64,000 nucleotides of DNA from Candidatus Poribacteria bacterium. GTDB lineage: Bacteria; Poribacteria; WGA-4E; WGA-3G. This document shows, piece by piece, positions 49,868 through 59,228 of the stretch. The stretch is taken from contig OZ242029.1 in assembly GCA_965205015.1 (NCBI GenBank), positions 3,392,001 to 3,456,000 of the forward strand, read 5' to 3'. Below the pieces are notes generated by a model. The model was not told the origin of the DNA. It did not search any database and saw only the letters and a program-made list of their open reading frames with translations. A program made the position numbers and the translations under genes. Positions within the stretch are counted from its first letter, which is position 1; the number at the start of each line of letters is the position of its first letter.

Positions 49868-51514
49868 ATGCCAGAATTAAGACTTTCTCTTTTAATGGAG
49901 CGCGCGATCCAAAATCTCCAGCCAAAAGACACACGGTTTACGTCAGCACACATCTATGACGCTGCCACTTACATCGGATTCCTAATTTTTGTCCTCGCCT
50001 TACCGTTTGGCTATTCGACAGCGTTCCTCAACATCGGACTTTCGTTTGTGTTATTCGGATGGGTAGGACGCATCATTGTAGAGGTGAGGTCACCTCGCCC
50101 CTACAATTGGCAGCGCACGCCCCTTGACGTTCCTATTTTGCTGTTTCTCGGATTGGGTTTAATCGCCTCACTTCTTGCGCCGCACCCTGCCACCAGTAGC
50201 CTCGGCTATTTTTGGAAACATCTCCGGGCAATTTTGCTATTTTATGCGGTTATTCACAGTCGATTCGGCACTCGATGGCGACATATTGTCATTGCCTTCA
50301 TCGCCGCGGCTGGGGTCTCTTCTGCACTTGGACTCTATTATTACGCGAATGACACCCGGTTAGCGATTGATTTTATGGGGAGGATTGGGTTACAATTTCA
50401 GGAGGAACTCTCTGTGGGTGAGGGCCCAAATTTACAAATGTCGGATGAATTACGCGCTGAGTTGCGAAGTTGTAATGTACCGCTCTCTCAAACCGCAACG
50501 TTTGTAACTTCAAAGCACCCCGACGAGTGGCGCATTGACGATCCAGCAAGAGATAGACGCTATACCGTCCGTAAGAGTGAGACGCATCTGATGGTGTACA
50601 TGATCGAGCAACGGCTCACCGGAACCTTCAAGATGCCGAATGACTTGGGGGCATATCTCGCCCTTGCCCTTCCGTTTGTTATGGGCTACTTTGTGGTTGG
50701 GTGTAGTGGTTTGGCTTGGGCAGGTACAAGACCTGCCCCTACACCGGAACAGAGGGAAGCCCATCGAAAATCACAACGCGTCTTGATGTGGGCGACCGTG
50801 GGGCTCGGTGTCGTTTTAGTGCTAATGGGGGCAAATTTGGCATTGACGCTGACGCGCGCCGCATGGGTGAGCGTCGCTGTAGCAGCATCTTGCATCGGCG
50901 GCTATTGTGTTGTCAGGACCTTATTAACGCGTGTATCATGGAAAAAAAGCGTGCTCGGGGTAGCGTTCATAAGTATTGTGTGCTGTGTGTTAATTGTGAA
51001 TACGAGTTCTCGTCAGGCGATAATTGGTATCGTCCCTGGACACATCACGGAACGCTTACAAACGCTGATTGCGCAACCGGCGGGGTTCATGAGTGAACGT
51101 CCACAATGGTGGCGTACCTCGCTTCAAATGATCCAGAAATATCCACTGACCGGCATTGGCTTGGGTAGGTTTCGTTATGCGTATCAACACAACGGACCGG
51201 ATGAGCAGTACTATACACCCTATCACGCCCACAACATCTACCTACACATTGCCGTTGAACAAGGCATCCCATCGCTCTTTGTATTCTTGTGGATAGTGGC
51301 AATTATCTGTCGGCAGGTTTTCGGCATGCGAAAGACGAACGATCTTTGGAAAATGGGAACCTTCATCGGGGCAAGCGGGTTTCTAATCTCTGCGCTTGTT
51401 TATGGACTCGCAGATAATATTCTACATCAGCGTACAGTGTTGCTTTTCTATTTTATTCTCGGCATAATTTTTTATACACAACAGGATGGACATAGCAGCA
51501 ATCGATATCTGTAG
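49868..51514 (+). CDS. O-antigen ligase (Wzy_C) family membrane protein
   Basis: Multiple TM helices, RLTGTF..PN.LG, LTLTRAAW, P.TGIGLG, HAHNIYL..AVEQG. Confidence 0.88.
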   Translation: MPELRLSLLMERAIQNLQPKDTRFTSAHIYDAATYIGFLIFVLALPFGYSTAFLNIGLSFVLFGWVGRIIVEVRSPRPYNWQRTPLDVPILLFLGLGLIASLLAPHPATSSLGYFWKHLRAILLFYAVIHSRFGTRWRHIVIAFIAAAGVSSALGLYYYANDTRLAIDFMGRIGLQFQEELSVGEGPNLQMSDELRAELRSCNVPLSQTATFVTSKHPDEWRIDDPARDRRYTVRKSETHLMVYMIEQRLTGTFKMPNDLGAYLALALPFVMGYFVVGCSGLAWAGTRPAPTPEQREAHRKSQRVLMWATVGLGVVLVLMGANLALTLTRAAWVSVAVAASCIGGYCVVRTLLTRVSWKKSVLGVAFISIVCCVLIVNTSSRQAIIGIVPGHITERLQTLIAQPAGFMSERPQWWRTSLQMIQKYPLTGIGLGRFRYAYQHNGPDEQYYTPYHAHNIYLHIAVEQGIPSLFVFLWIVAIICRQVFGMRKTNDLWKMGTFIGASGFLISALVYGLADNILHQRTVLLFYFILGIIFYTQQDGHSSNRYL

Positions 51515-51613
51515 GAATGAAACGCAAGCCTGCAACAACGGAGCAGGCGACTCTTGAGGAAAGCAAGTCAAAGTTCTAACTCACGTTACTCATCCGCAAG
51601 GAAAATTAGAAAA

Positions 51614-52561
51614 ATGAAACGTCGGAACCCGATTGACATATCATCTGTGACAACCTATCCACTTCAGGACCGTGTTAGCAAGGTCTCCGTCCGCGATTTC
51701 GCGACGCTACCGGAATTAGAAGTAGACCTATCCCCATTTTTAGCAACGCTGCCGAACATCCTCAAAGGACAGGATTTTTTGGCACTCGTCGACGATATTG
51801 TTGGTGCCTATCAGAACAAAAAACCTGTCATCGTGATGATGGGCGGACATGTCATCAAATGCGGATTGAGTCCGTTCTTAATTGACTTAGCAAAGCGTGG
51901 CGTGGTTACTGGGTTCGCCTTTAACGGCGCAAGCAGCATTCACGATTTCGAGATCGCGCTTATTGGAGAGACCTCAGAGGATGTCGCTGTCTATCTACAG
52001 AGTGGTCAATTCGGGATGTGGGAGGAAACAGGACGCTTGATGAACGCAGCGACGCAGCACGCCGCAGATACAGGGATCGGAATGGGCGAAGCACTCGGCA
52101 GGCAACTGATTGAGCTGGACGCGCCCTATAACGCGTATAGTCTTCTGGCTTCCGCGGGTATCCGATGCGATGTCCCAATCACAGTGCATGTCGCGATCGG
52201 CACGGATATTATCCATCAGCATCCGTCTGCGAACGGCGCCGCTATCGGTGCCGCGAGTTTCACCGATTTCCGACTCTTAACGACGTTAGTGACGGATCTG
52301 GAAGGCGGTGGTGTTGTCTTGAATTTGGGTTCGGCGGTCATATTGCCTGAGGTGTTTCTGAAGGCGTTGACAATCGCCCGAAATTTAGGGCATACGGTGT
52401 CCCAGTTTACCGCCGCTAACTTCGACATGAATCAACAATACCGTCCCGTAGAGAATGTCGTCAAACGTCCAACAGAGACGGGCGGTAAAGGGTATACATT
52501 CACAGGACATCATGAGTTGATGATTCCGCTTTTAGTGCAAGCGGTTTTGTCTCGGTTGTAG
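51614..52561 (+). CDS. Conserved hypothetical protein (deoxyhypusine synthase-like fold)
   Basis: GGHVIKCGL, IHDFEIA..G.TSEDV, VHVAIGTDI, GSAVILPEVFLKAL, GHHELM. Confidence 0.75.
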   Translation: MKRRNPIDISSVTTYPLQDRVSKVSVRDFATLPELEVDLSPFLATLPNILKGQDFLALVDDIVGAYQNKKPVIVMMGGHVIKCGLSPFLIDLAKRGVVTGFAFNGASSIHDFEIALIGETSEDVAVYLQSGQFGMWEETGRLMNAATQHAADTGIGMGEALGRQLIELDAPYNAYSLLASAGIRCDVPITVHVAIGTDIIHQHPSANGAAIGAASFTDFRLLTTLVTDLEGGGVVLNLGSAVILPEVFLKALTIARNLGHTVSQFTAANFDMNQQYRPVENVVKRPTETGGKGYTFTGHHELMIPLLVQAVLSRL

Positions 52562-52736
52562 ATGGTACGGTGTGTTTTTATTACTGTCTTCGAGAATGAA
52601 AAACAGTTTACATTTGGGATAAAAATATGGTACAATTAGAGGGGTGTGTAAAGTTTTTGGCATTAGACCTCCGCCGCCTTTTCTGGGTAGGGAAACACCC
52701 AGGCAAAAATACACGATTTTGACATGTTTCGTCTTC

Positions 52737-52807
52737 AACCCCGTAGGGGTGACATCTCTGTAGAACGTTTATAGACCTTAACAGCAAACCCCGTAGGGGT
52801 GACATCT
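52737..52807 (+). repeat. Two-copy REP-like repeat AACCCCGTAGGGGTGACATCT (50-nt period)
   Basis: Identical 21-mers at 52737 and 52787. Confidence 0.8.
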
Positions 52808-52812
52808 ACAGT

Positions 52813-52992
52813 CTCGCTCTCAAAGAAGAAAGAAAAATCAAAGAACAGGGTCGCCAAGAAGCTTACCAAGAAGTGTCCGACTGGAACAGTCGCCGTCTTG
52901 AAGCCGAAGCCCGTGGCGAAACTTTTACAGAGCCACCACCGGGACACGATTCCCTAAAACCCAGAAAGAAAAAACGCTTCATCTTTTTCTGA
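52813..52992 (+). pseudogene. C-terminal fragment of a small protein (..WNSRRLEAEARGETFTEPPP..) without a start codon
   Basis: 59 protein-like codons; the upstream frame hits a stop inside the repeat with no ATG. Confidence 0.5.
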
Positions 52993-53018
52993 TTTCTCTT
53001 GATCATCGGAACATCGCA

Positions 53019-54434
53019 ATGACTTCAAATATTAAGCCCAAGACGATATTTACGGGTGATAATCTGCCTATCATGCGCGGGATGAACAGTGCATCGGTGG
53101 ATTTAATCTACCTTGACCCCCCTTTTAATAGCAATGCCAACTATGCAGCACCCATCGGTTCTGAGGCTGCAGGTGCTGAGTTCAAAGACACTTGGACGCT
53201 CCGAGATGTTGACATCGCATGGCTTGACCTCATTGAGGCAAAACATCCTGCCCTGAACCGAGTAATCCACGCTGCGATGACAAATAGTGATAAATCTTAC
53301 CTTGTTTACATGGCGGTTCGGTTGTTGGAGATGAAGCGTATTCTCAAGTCAACGGGTTCTATCTATCTGCATTGTGACCCTACTATGTCTCACTATTTAA
53401 AGCTCGTTATGGATGCTATTTTTGGCAAAGAGAACTATCGTGCGGAGATTATATGGAATAGACAGAGTTCTCATAACGATAAATTGTATGGTGCCACTCA
53501 TGAGACAATCTTCTACTATAGTTATGGTGAGAAAGCTATCCCTGATGAAGTACTAATTCCTTTAACTGATAAACGCAAAAAAAACTTTAATAAAAGCGAC
53601 AAACATGGCAAATATGAAGGTGATAATCTAACGGCTTCAGGGAGCAGTGGTGGAGAATCAGGACAACCTTGGCAAGGTATTTCTCCAGGAAATAGGCACT
53701 GGTCACCTCCACGGGTAGGTAGAGGTAGATATGCTGAATACATTGTTAAAAAATTCATTCCAAATTATGGGGAGATAGAAGGTGTGCATGCCCGTTTAGA
53801 TGCTTTAGATGAGGCAGGACTAATTTTTTGGAACAGTCGTGGAAATCCACGTCTCAAGCGTTATCTCACACCAGATGCTGGAATGCCTCCTCAAAGTCTT
53901 TGGAATGATATTTCATACGAAGAAGGTGAAGATACTGGTTATCCTACACAAAAACCTCTGGCACTCCTTGATCGCATCATCAAAGCATCATTAAGCAAAG
54001 ATGGGGTTGTTCTCGATCCGTTTTGTGGGTGTGCTACAACCCTTGTCGCAGCAGATAGGCTTCAACGTCATTGGATTGGTATTGACGTATCTGCCAAAGC
54101 CATTGAATTGGTTGTTGAACGTATCAAAGAGGATCAGGGCTTATTTCGGGACATCATCGCACGCACAGACATTCCAAAACGCACAGATTTAGGAGACATA
54201 TCCCCATACAACGCACCTGAAAACAAAACTCAGTTATATGGAGAACAAAGTGGATATTGTAATGGGTGTGGCACACATTTTCAGAAACAACACCTTGAAG
54301 TTGACCATATTATCGCAGAAAATGTTGGAGGAACTGACCATATTGAGAATCTTCAACTGCTTTGTAGTAACTGCAACAGAATTAAAGGTGACCGCGGGCA
54401 AGAATATCTTGTCTCAAGACTGAACAAAGATTGA
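53019..54434 (+). CDS. N6/N4 DNA methyltransferase fused to a C-terminal HNH endonuclease
   Basis: DLIYLDPPFNS, YPTQKP..LL.RII, DPFCGCAT; CNGC..EVDHI..GGTD..NLQLLC..CNR.K. Confidence 0.92.
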   Translation: MTSNIKPKTIFTGDNLPIMRGMNSASVDLIYLDPPFNSNANYAAPIGSEAAGAEFKDTWTLRDVDIAWLDLIEAKHPALNRVIHAAMTNSDKSYLVYMAVRLLEMKRILKSTGSIYLHCDPTMSHYLKLVMDAIFGKENYRAEIIWNRQSSHNDKLYGATHETIFYYSYGEKAIPDEVLIPLTDKRKKNFNKSDKHGKYEGDNLTASGSSGGESGQPWQGISPGNRHWSPPRVGRGRYAEYIVKKFIPNYGEIEGVHARLDALDEAGLIFWNSRGNPRLKRYLTPDAGMPPQSLWNDISYEEGEDTGYPTQKPLALLDRIIKASLSKDGVVLDPFCGCATTLVAADRLQRHWIGIDVSAKAIELVVERIKEDQGLFRDIIARTDIPKRTDLGDISPYNAPENKTQLYGEQSGYCNGCGTHFQKQHLEVDHIIAENVGGTDHIENLQLLCSNCNRIKGDRGQEYLVSRLNKD

Positions 54435-54473
54435 AATGTGAAAACTACTAATTGCGAATAAGAAAAATACGAG

Positions 54474-55457
54474 GTGATATTTATGATACTTGATGATAAA
54501 TCTTACATAAGAACTCCTAAAAAGAATGTGTCACTGATGCATTATTTAGGATTAACTGAATTAATCTCAATATTCAAAAACAAGTCTATATTCTTCTCAA
54601 CCTGCCAACTATATCAAGACCAACGCGAGGGTGCTTTGACCGAGCCTTCCTACAATGAAACATTAAAAAATTTGCTATGGGAAGATAATACGCCAGTAAA
54701 AAAAGATGATAGTTATTCTAATTACAAAGAAGATGTCATTAATAAAATGTATAGTGCTGGCGAGATACGCTGGATAGACAGTTTTGGATATTTAATACAA
54801 GAGTTCGTCAGATATTTTATGTTCACACATTGCTGGTCACTTTCAGATGAAGAAGATATATTAATGTGGGATAGATATAAATTTCATAAACCCACATTAG
54901 CAATAAAAACAACATTAGAGAGTCTTCAAGATGCTATCAATATACCAATATATATTGGAGAAATAAACTATGTAGATTACGAAAATGAACACATAATAGG
55001 GTATGAAAGGTTTACTGAAAAGAATCTTACAGATAAAGAAACCATAGAAGAACTCTTTTATCAACCCTTTTTTCACAAACAAAAGTGTTACCAGAACGAA
55101 AATGAAGTCCGTTTAATAATATCCTATGAAACCATAACAAAACATTTCACAGAAGAAACATATATAACGGATATTCCATTCTATAATAAAAATGGGTTTA
55201 GTTACAGGGATTTTGGTTTCGACGCAATTTTCCATCTGAAGTCAACTAATCCTAAGAGGTTTACCAAAGAGGACGGGAAAGATATAGATATACCACAAAG
55301 AGTATGTGTAGAAATCAATACTGATATTCTTATAGAACAAATCATAATTTCACCCTATGCCGAAAACTACAATTTTAGTATTGTACGAGATATAGCAGAG
55401 AAGTACGATTTTGATCCAAATAAAATCGTGGACTCTCCAATTAATATCAAGGCATAA
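54474..55457 (+). CDS. Low-GC DUF2971-like protein
   Basis: FTHCWS, LMWDRY, F.K..Y..ENEVRLII, IEQIIISP; markedly AT-rich. Confidence 0.7.
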   Translation: MIFMILDDKSYIRTPKKNVSLMHYLGLTELISIFKNKSIFFSTCQLYQDQREGALTEPSYNETLKNLLWEDNTPVKKDDSYSNYKEDVINKMYSAGEIRWIDSFGYLIQEFVRYFMFTHCWSLSDEEDILMWDRYKFHKPTLAIKTTLESLQDAINIPIYIGEINYVDYENEHIIGYERFTEKNLTDKETIEELFYQPFFHKQKCYQNENEVRLIISYETITKHFTEETYITDIPFYNKNGFSYRDFGFDAIFHLKSTNPKRFTKEDGKDIDIPQRVCVEINTDILIEQIIISPYAENYNFSIVRDIAEKYDFDPNKIVDSPINIKA

Positions 55458-55574
55458 TGACATATCATGAATCTCCTATATTTTTACGAACCGCACAAAT
55501 AATGTGAAATGTACTGCCCCCCTAAATTCGGGCCACTCCCTAAACCAAGATTGTGGTATAATCTCCACGACTTG

Positions 55575-56302
55575 GTGCGTTTCAGCGAATAATGATGGAA
55601 TGTAAGTTCAATTCTTACTCGGTAAACCCAACATCCGCATATCTTACTCTAACTGCGTTGCTGGAAACAGCAAGGTGGAAAGCAAGAGGAAATGGCGCAT
55701 GTCTGCGGACAGAGGCGAAACTCATAAGAGCGTCCAAAAGTGACACGTCCGATAGAGGACGGACATGGATAAACGAAAGTTGAATATCCGTAAGCCTCGT
55801 TAGGATAGACATAGATACCGCCTTGAAAAACTATGGTATTCTAAGATACCTCTTTATAGTAGGTGTCTGAAAGTTGCTATTCAAGTCTTAGCAACTCTAT
55901 TGGGTTCATAGAATACAGGAGTGGGTGGTTTCCCACTGTATCGGGGTATAGGATACTTCTAAATCCGTCTGAGAAGTCTATCATTAGGGAGTTGAAAAGA
56001 ACCTAAGTAGACTCCCCGAGTCTATAAGGTTGAGGAGATTAGGTAGCGTCATTGACGCGAGCATAATCAGGTTGAGTGCTTTGAAACATTTCTGAAAACA
56101 TTTTATCTATAGTCTTGAAATCGTGTGAAAACATGCAGTCTATAGAAGTCGATGACTTATGAATAAGGAAGAAAGTAAAAGTGGTTATCATGACCTAAAG
56201 CGTTTATCGCCACACTCAACTGGAAGGTCTCCATGTGCGGTGAAAGTCGCACGCATGGTTTGGAGGGGGCTGTTAGAGGGCGACCTCTAATGGCTACCCT
56301 AC
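55575..56302 (+). ncRNA. ORF-less group II intron
   Basis: 5' GTGCG; domain V CCATGTGCGGTGAAAGTCGCACGCATGG; domain VI ending CCCTAC; loop TTCAAGTC (55880-55887) in stem AGTTGCTA/TAGCAACT is complementary to the ligated exons GACTTG|AA. Confidence 0.88.
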
Positions 56303-56315
56303 AAAGGAGGTCCCG

Positions 56316-56616
56316 ATGGAGGACCCAACGAAAACAAAGAACCTTCACCCCTGAGTTTAAAGGCCAAATTGTTCTTGAGGCACTTAGCGGTGAAACTTCG
56401 CAAGCGGAACTGGGTCGTCGACACAACCTGAGTGAAGATCAACTCTCGAAGTGGAAGCAGCAAGTCGTTGAAAACGTAGGATCTTTGTTTGCTTCCACAG
56501 AGCAGCAGTCCAGCGAGGCAGCTGAGCGGATCGCACACCTTGAACAGCTCGTTGGGCGGTTGACTGTGGCACTCGACATTCAAAAAAAAGCAGCGACGTG
56601 GTTAGACCAAAACTGA
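56316..56616 (+). pseudogene. IS3-family transposase OrfA (ATG out of frame with the HTH coding frame)
   Basis: AAAGGAGG RBS plus ATG at 56316 reaches TGA after 12 codons; the HTH is in another frame. Confidence 0.7.
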
Positions 56617-56757
56617 CGGAGCAGCAAGAAATAGTTGAGGCACTCCGGACGGATTATTCGGTTCGACAGATATGTAAGGAGGATATACGCGTCAAGGCAC
56701 CCAAACCTAAAGGATTGGGCTTGTGCTTCGTAGCAGTCAGCCTTCCGAGGAAGGGAC

Positions 56758-57978
56758 TTACATCTGCTCCACAGAGGGACCCAAGGCAGCCCTCAAGATG
56801 TTTATCGCAGCGTTTACGTCCCTATCGTGGTGTGAACCACACTCACGACACGTCCACTGCCGATCCGAAAGTGAAAGATTTTCGGTGTGATGCCCGCAAT
56901 CGGAGCAAGGTTTTGTAGTAGGCGTCCACTGCCCAACTTGAGAGAACTCACGATTATGTTTAAAACACTTGAACCTCAGTATCTCAACAAACTGGTAAAA
57001 AGCAAGGTCAGAGACTTTGCGTCCCCACAGACGTTTCATCCCATCAAGGTTCAGCGTCTCGGTGACAATGTGGTCAAACCGACGGCAGAGGTCGGTCGCA
57101 CGTTTGTAGTGCCAATCCCTGCGTTGGTTGGCGATCTTACGATAAAGCCGTGCGAGTTCACGGACAGCACGCCACCAATTGTTAGAACCTTTCTGCTTTC
57201 GGCTGACTGCCTTGTTAAGTTTTCGGAGTTGGTTCAAGGCGTTTTTCAAAGGTTGCGGATGGTGGATCTTCTCACCGGTGCTCAGGGTCAGATAGGTGTC
57301 CATACCGAAGTCTATCCCTACGCTCTTACCTGTAGCGGACATCACTTCTTTGGATTTACTATCTGTCACAACATAGAGCCACAATGTTCCGACAGCATCC
57401 TGACCGATTTGAATATACTTGACGTTCCCCTCCCACTCGCGATGGTGGTGATACAAGATATTTCTGCGGACAAACACAAACTTCTGTTTCTCTATATCCC
57501 ACTCTTTGAAGGAGAGACAGACAGTGCCTCTCGGAACTTTAGACGGTTTATCGTCATCCTTAGGGGGGACTTCAAAGACCTTGTACCCTGTTTGGAACTT
57601 CGCAGAGCGGTATTTGCTACGTTTTTTGAACTTCGGAGGTCCCACGCGCCTGCCACGTCTGCCGTTTTCAATCCAATCAAAGAACCGCTCATACCCGATA
57701 TGGATACGGATAATCACAGCGTCAAGCGTATCACGGGGGATCCATGCCCAATGCTTATGGGTGCGTTCGAGCAACTTCGTCAGATGCGGTTGCAGGCGAA
57801 AACGACCCGCGTATTTTCCATAGATACGGTAATATCGCTTCTCCAAAGCAAGGAAGTGGTTATGCACATCACCCAAGTCATCAAGCATGTTGCCGACGCG
57901 CATGTTTTGCGAGTGTTCGCGTATTTGGTATTTGTAGGTGCGACGCACACGCTTTTGTTTTCGCTTTCGTTTTTTCAT
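56758..57978 (-). CDS. tnpB: RNA-guided endonuclease TnpB
   Basis: TYKY HTH-like start, GIDFG (D), VTETL (E), CSDC/CREC zinc finger, DRDVNAA (D). Confidence 0.93.
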   Translation of the reverse strand: MKKRKRKQKRVRRTYKYQIREHSQNMRVGNMLDDLGDVHNHFLALEKRYYRIYGKYAGRFRLQPHLTKLLERTHKHWAWIPRDTLDAVIIRIHIGYERFFDWIENGRRGRRVGPPKFKKRSKYRSAKFQTGYKVFEVPPKDDDKPSKVPRGTVCLSFKEWDIEKQKFVFVRRNILYHHHREWEGNVKYIQIGQDAVGTLWLYVVTDSKSKEVMSATGKSVGIDFGMDTYLTLSTGEKIHHPQPLKNALNQLRKLNKAVSRKQKGSNNWWRAVRELARLYRKIANQRRDWHYKRATDLCRRFDHIVTETLNLDGMKRLWGRKVSDLAFYQFVEILRFKCFKHNREFSQVGQWTPTTKPCSDCGHHTENLSLSDRQWTCRECGSHHDRDVNAAINILRAALGPSVEQM

Positions 57979-57989
57979 AGGATGTCACG

Positions 57990-58072
57990 TATCACGCCTT
58001 TAACCCCTGATAAGTGGGTGGGACCGACACGTAACCTTGCGGTTACGCTTATCATGTCGGTCCAACGTGATA
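57990..58072 (-). ncRNA. Pseudoknotted 5' leader RNA, copy 2 (tnpB leader)
   Basis: TATCACGTT/GGCGTGATA, GGACCGACA/TGTCGGTCC, TGATAAG/CTTATCA pseudoknot, CGTAACC-GCAA-GGTTACG. Confidence 0.75.
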
Positions 58073-58077
58073 CATCT

Positions 58078-58106
58078 ATCAAACCATAATTTATTGAAAA
58101 TGTCAA
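58078..58106 (-). promoter_or_regulatory. sigma70-like promoter for the tnpB leader
   Basis: TTGACA-17 nt-TTTGAT with a TG extension. Confidence 0.55.
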
Positions 58107-58196
58107 GTGTTTTTTCAAAAAAAAACGCTATGGTCTAACACATGAGGGCGGATTTTCCTCCCAAGTCTAAAGACTTGGGTTTCCAATCCGTAAACT

Positions 58197-58799
58197 TTGA
58201 TGAAATATGTGCGGTTGTTATTGATTCAATGTGTACTGCTTGTATTGGGATTGGTCGGTTATTGCATTGCTACTGAGATTGGCTTTGAAGCCGAAGACGC
58301 AGATGAAATTGTAGCAATCATGGAAATTTATGAAGATAAGAAAGCTTCAGGCGGTATGTATATATCGGCGGGAAAGGGCGGGGGAGGGCGCCACCCCGGT
58401 AAAGCCGATTTCGTGATTAACGTTAGAACACCCGGTCAGTACACGATGTGGGGGCGGGTGATTGCCCAAGATACGGCGAAGGACTCTTTCCATGTCACAG
58501 TCGATCAGAAGAAAAGTCCACAACCGGGTGATGCCAACATGATCTGGGATACAGGTCAGCATCAGGAGTGGACGTGGTCAAAAGTAAAATGGCGCGAAAA
58601 GAATCCGTTGACCTTTGATCTGAAACCGGGGAAACATACCGTTACATTTTGGTCTAGGGAAGGCGATACCCGTTTGGATGCCGTTTACATGGCAATAGAT
58701 CCCGGCGCTGTCCCCAAACTACCGAATGAAATTGAGGGTTTTGCTGTGCATCCCCGGAATCGCTTAACGACAACTTGGGCGGCGCTAAAAAATCGGTGA
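58197..58799 (+). CDS. Secreted carbohydrate-binding-like protein with C-terminal LTTTWAALK motif
   Basis: Signal peptide, FEAED, ASGG.YI, Y.MWGRV, DSF, GKHTV...RE..TRLD. Confidence 0.82.
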   Translation: MMKYVRLLLIQCVLLVLGLVGYCIATEIGFEAEDADEIVAIMEIYEDKKASGGMYISAGKGGGGRHPGKADFVINVRTPGQYTMWGRVIAQDTAKDSFHVTVDQKKSPQPGDANMIWDTGQHQEWTWSKVKWREKNPLTFDLKPGKHTVTFWSREGDTRLDAVYMAIDPGAVPKLPNEIEGFAVHPRNRLTTTWAALKNR

Positions 58800-58979
58800 T
58801 GAAGGTCAACACATGATAGGTTACCATTGGTTCGCCTATCCTAACGCGGCAGAAGGGCTATACGCCAAAGTGTTCGCACGTGTCAACATGTTCGGTAGCG
58901 ACGAGGAGACCTGTCTGGTGTGTATCAAGCAAGGCAGGCTTTCGGTAACGCGCCAAGTCTGGGACGATGTCGTCTCGGT

Positions 58980-59183
58980 TCATGATAAACAGTTGCTGGT
59001 GTGTTTATAGTGGGAACCATTTCTGAGTCTCGATGTTCTTTTCAGCTCTACCAACGATGCCTGTATAGCCCGCAATTTCGGCAGGGACGGGATGTGCAAA
59101 TAGATCCGTAGGAGTTTACCTCGCCTGACGCTATCCACGTCCTCACAACCTTCCAAAATTTCTCGATATGTCAAGTAAGTCAT
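58980..59183 (-). CDS. Small hypothetical protein or fragment
   Basis: AGGA RBS-like sequence, 67 aa, no recognisable motif. Confidence 0.3.
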   Translation of the reverse strand: MTYLTYREILEGCEDVDSVRRGKLLRIYLHIPSLPKLRAIQASLVELKRTSRLRNGSHYKHTSNCLS

Positions 59184-59228
59184 GTTGAATTTTCCTAATC
59201 TGTATGAGGTAAGTATCCCTGAAACCGG

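Larger units (their letters stand above)
55510..56675 (+). mobile_element. IS3-family element remnant (left IR, orfA, start of orfB), interrupted by an intron and truncated
   Basis: TGTACTGCCCCCCTAAATTCGGGCCA left end; TGGTATAAT; RKQRTFTPEFK..IVLEAL..L.KWK HTH; A-rich AAAAAAAAG slippery run at the orfA end; orfB start ..YSVRQIC then stops matching. Confidence 0.75.
56691..58189 (-). mobile_element. IS200/IS605-family non-autonomous element (tnpB only)
   Basis: Left-end hairpin CCCAAGTC-TTTA-GACTTGGG preceded by TTAC; right-end hairpin CCCAATCC-TTTA-GGTTTGGG then TGCCTTGAC; no tnpA. Confidence 0.8.

Noticed and set aside
52737-52807. Possible mini-CRISPR (21-nt repeat, 29-nt spacer)
   Set aside because: Only two copies, a REP-like palindrome, and no leader or cas context.
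55592-55812. Short ORFs inside the intron as a maturase remnant
   Set aside because: No RT or maturase motifs; they lie in the domain I region of the RNA.
56887-58089. 400-aa plus-strand ORF
   Set aside because: Antisense shadow of tnpB with no recognisable motifs.
58813-59010. 65-aa plus-strand ORF
   Set aside because: No motif, overlaps a convergent ORF, and cannot be supported from sequence alone.
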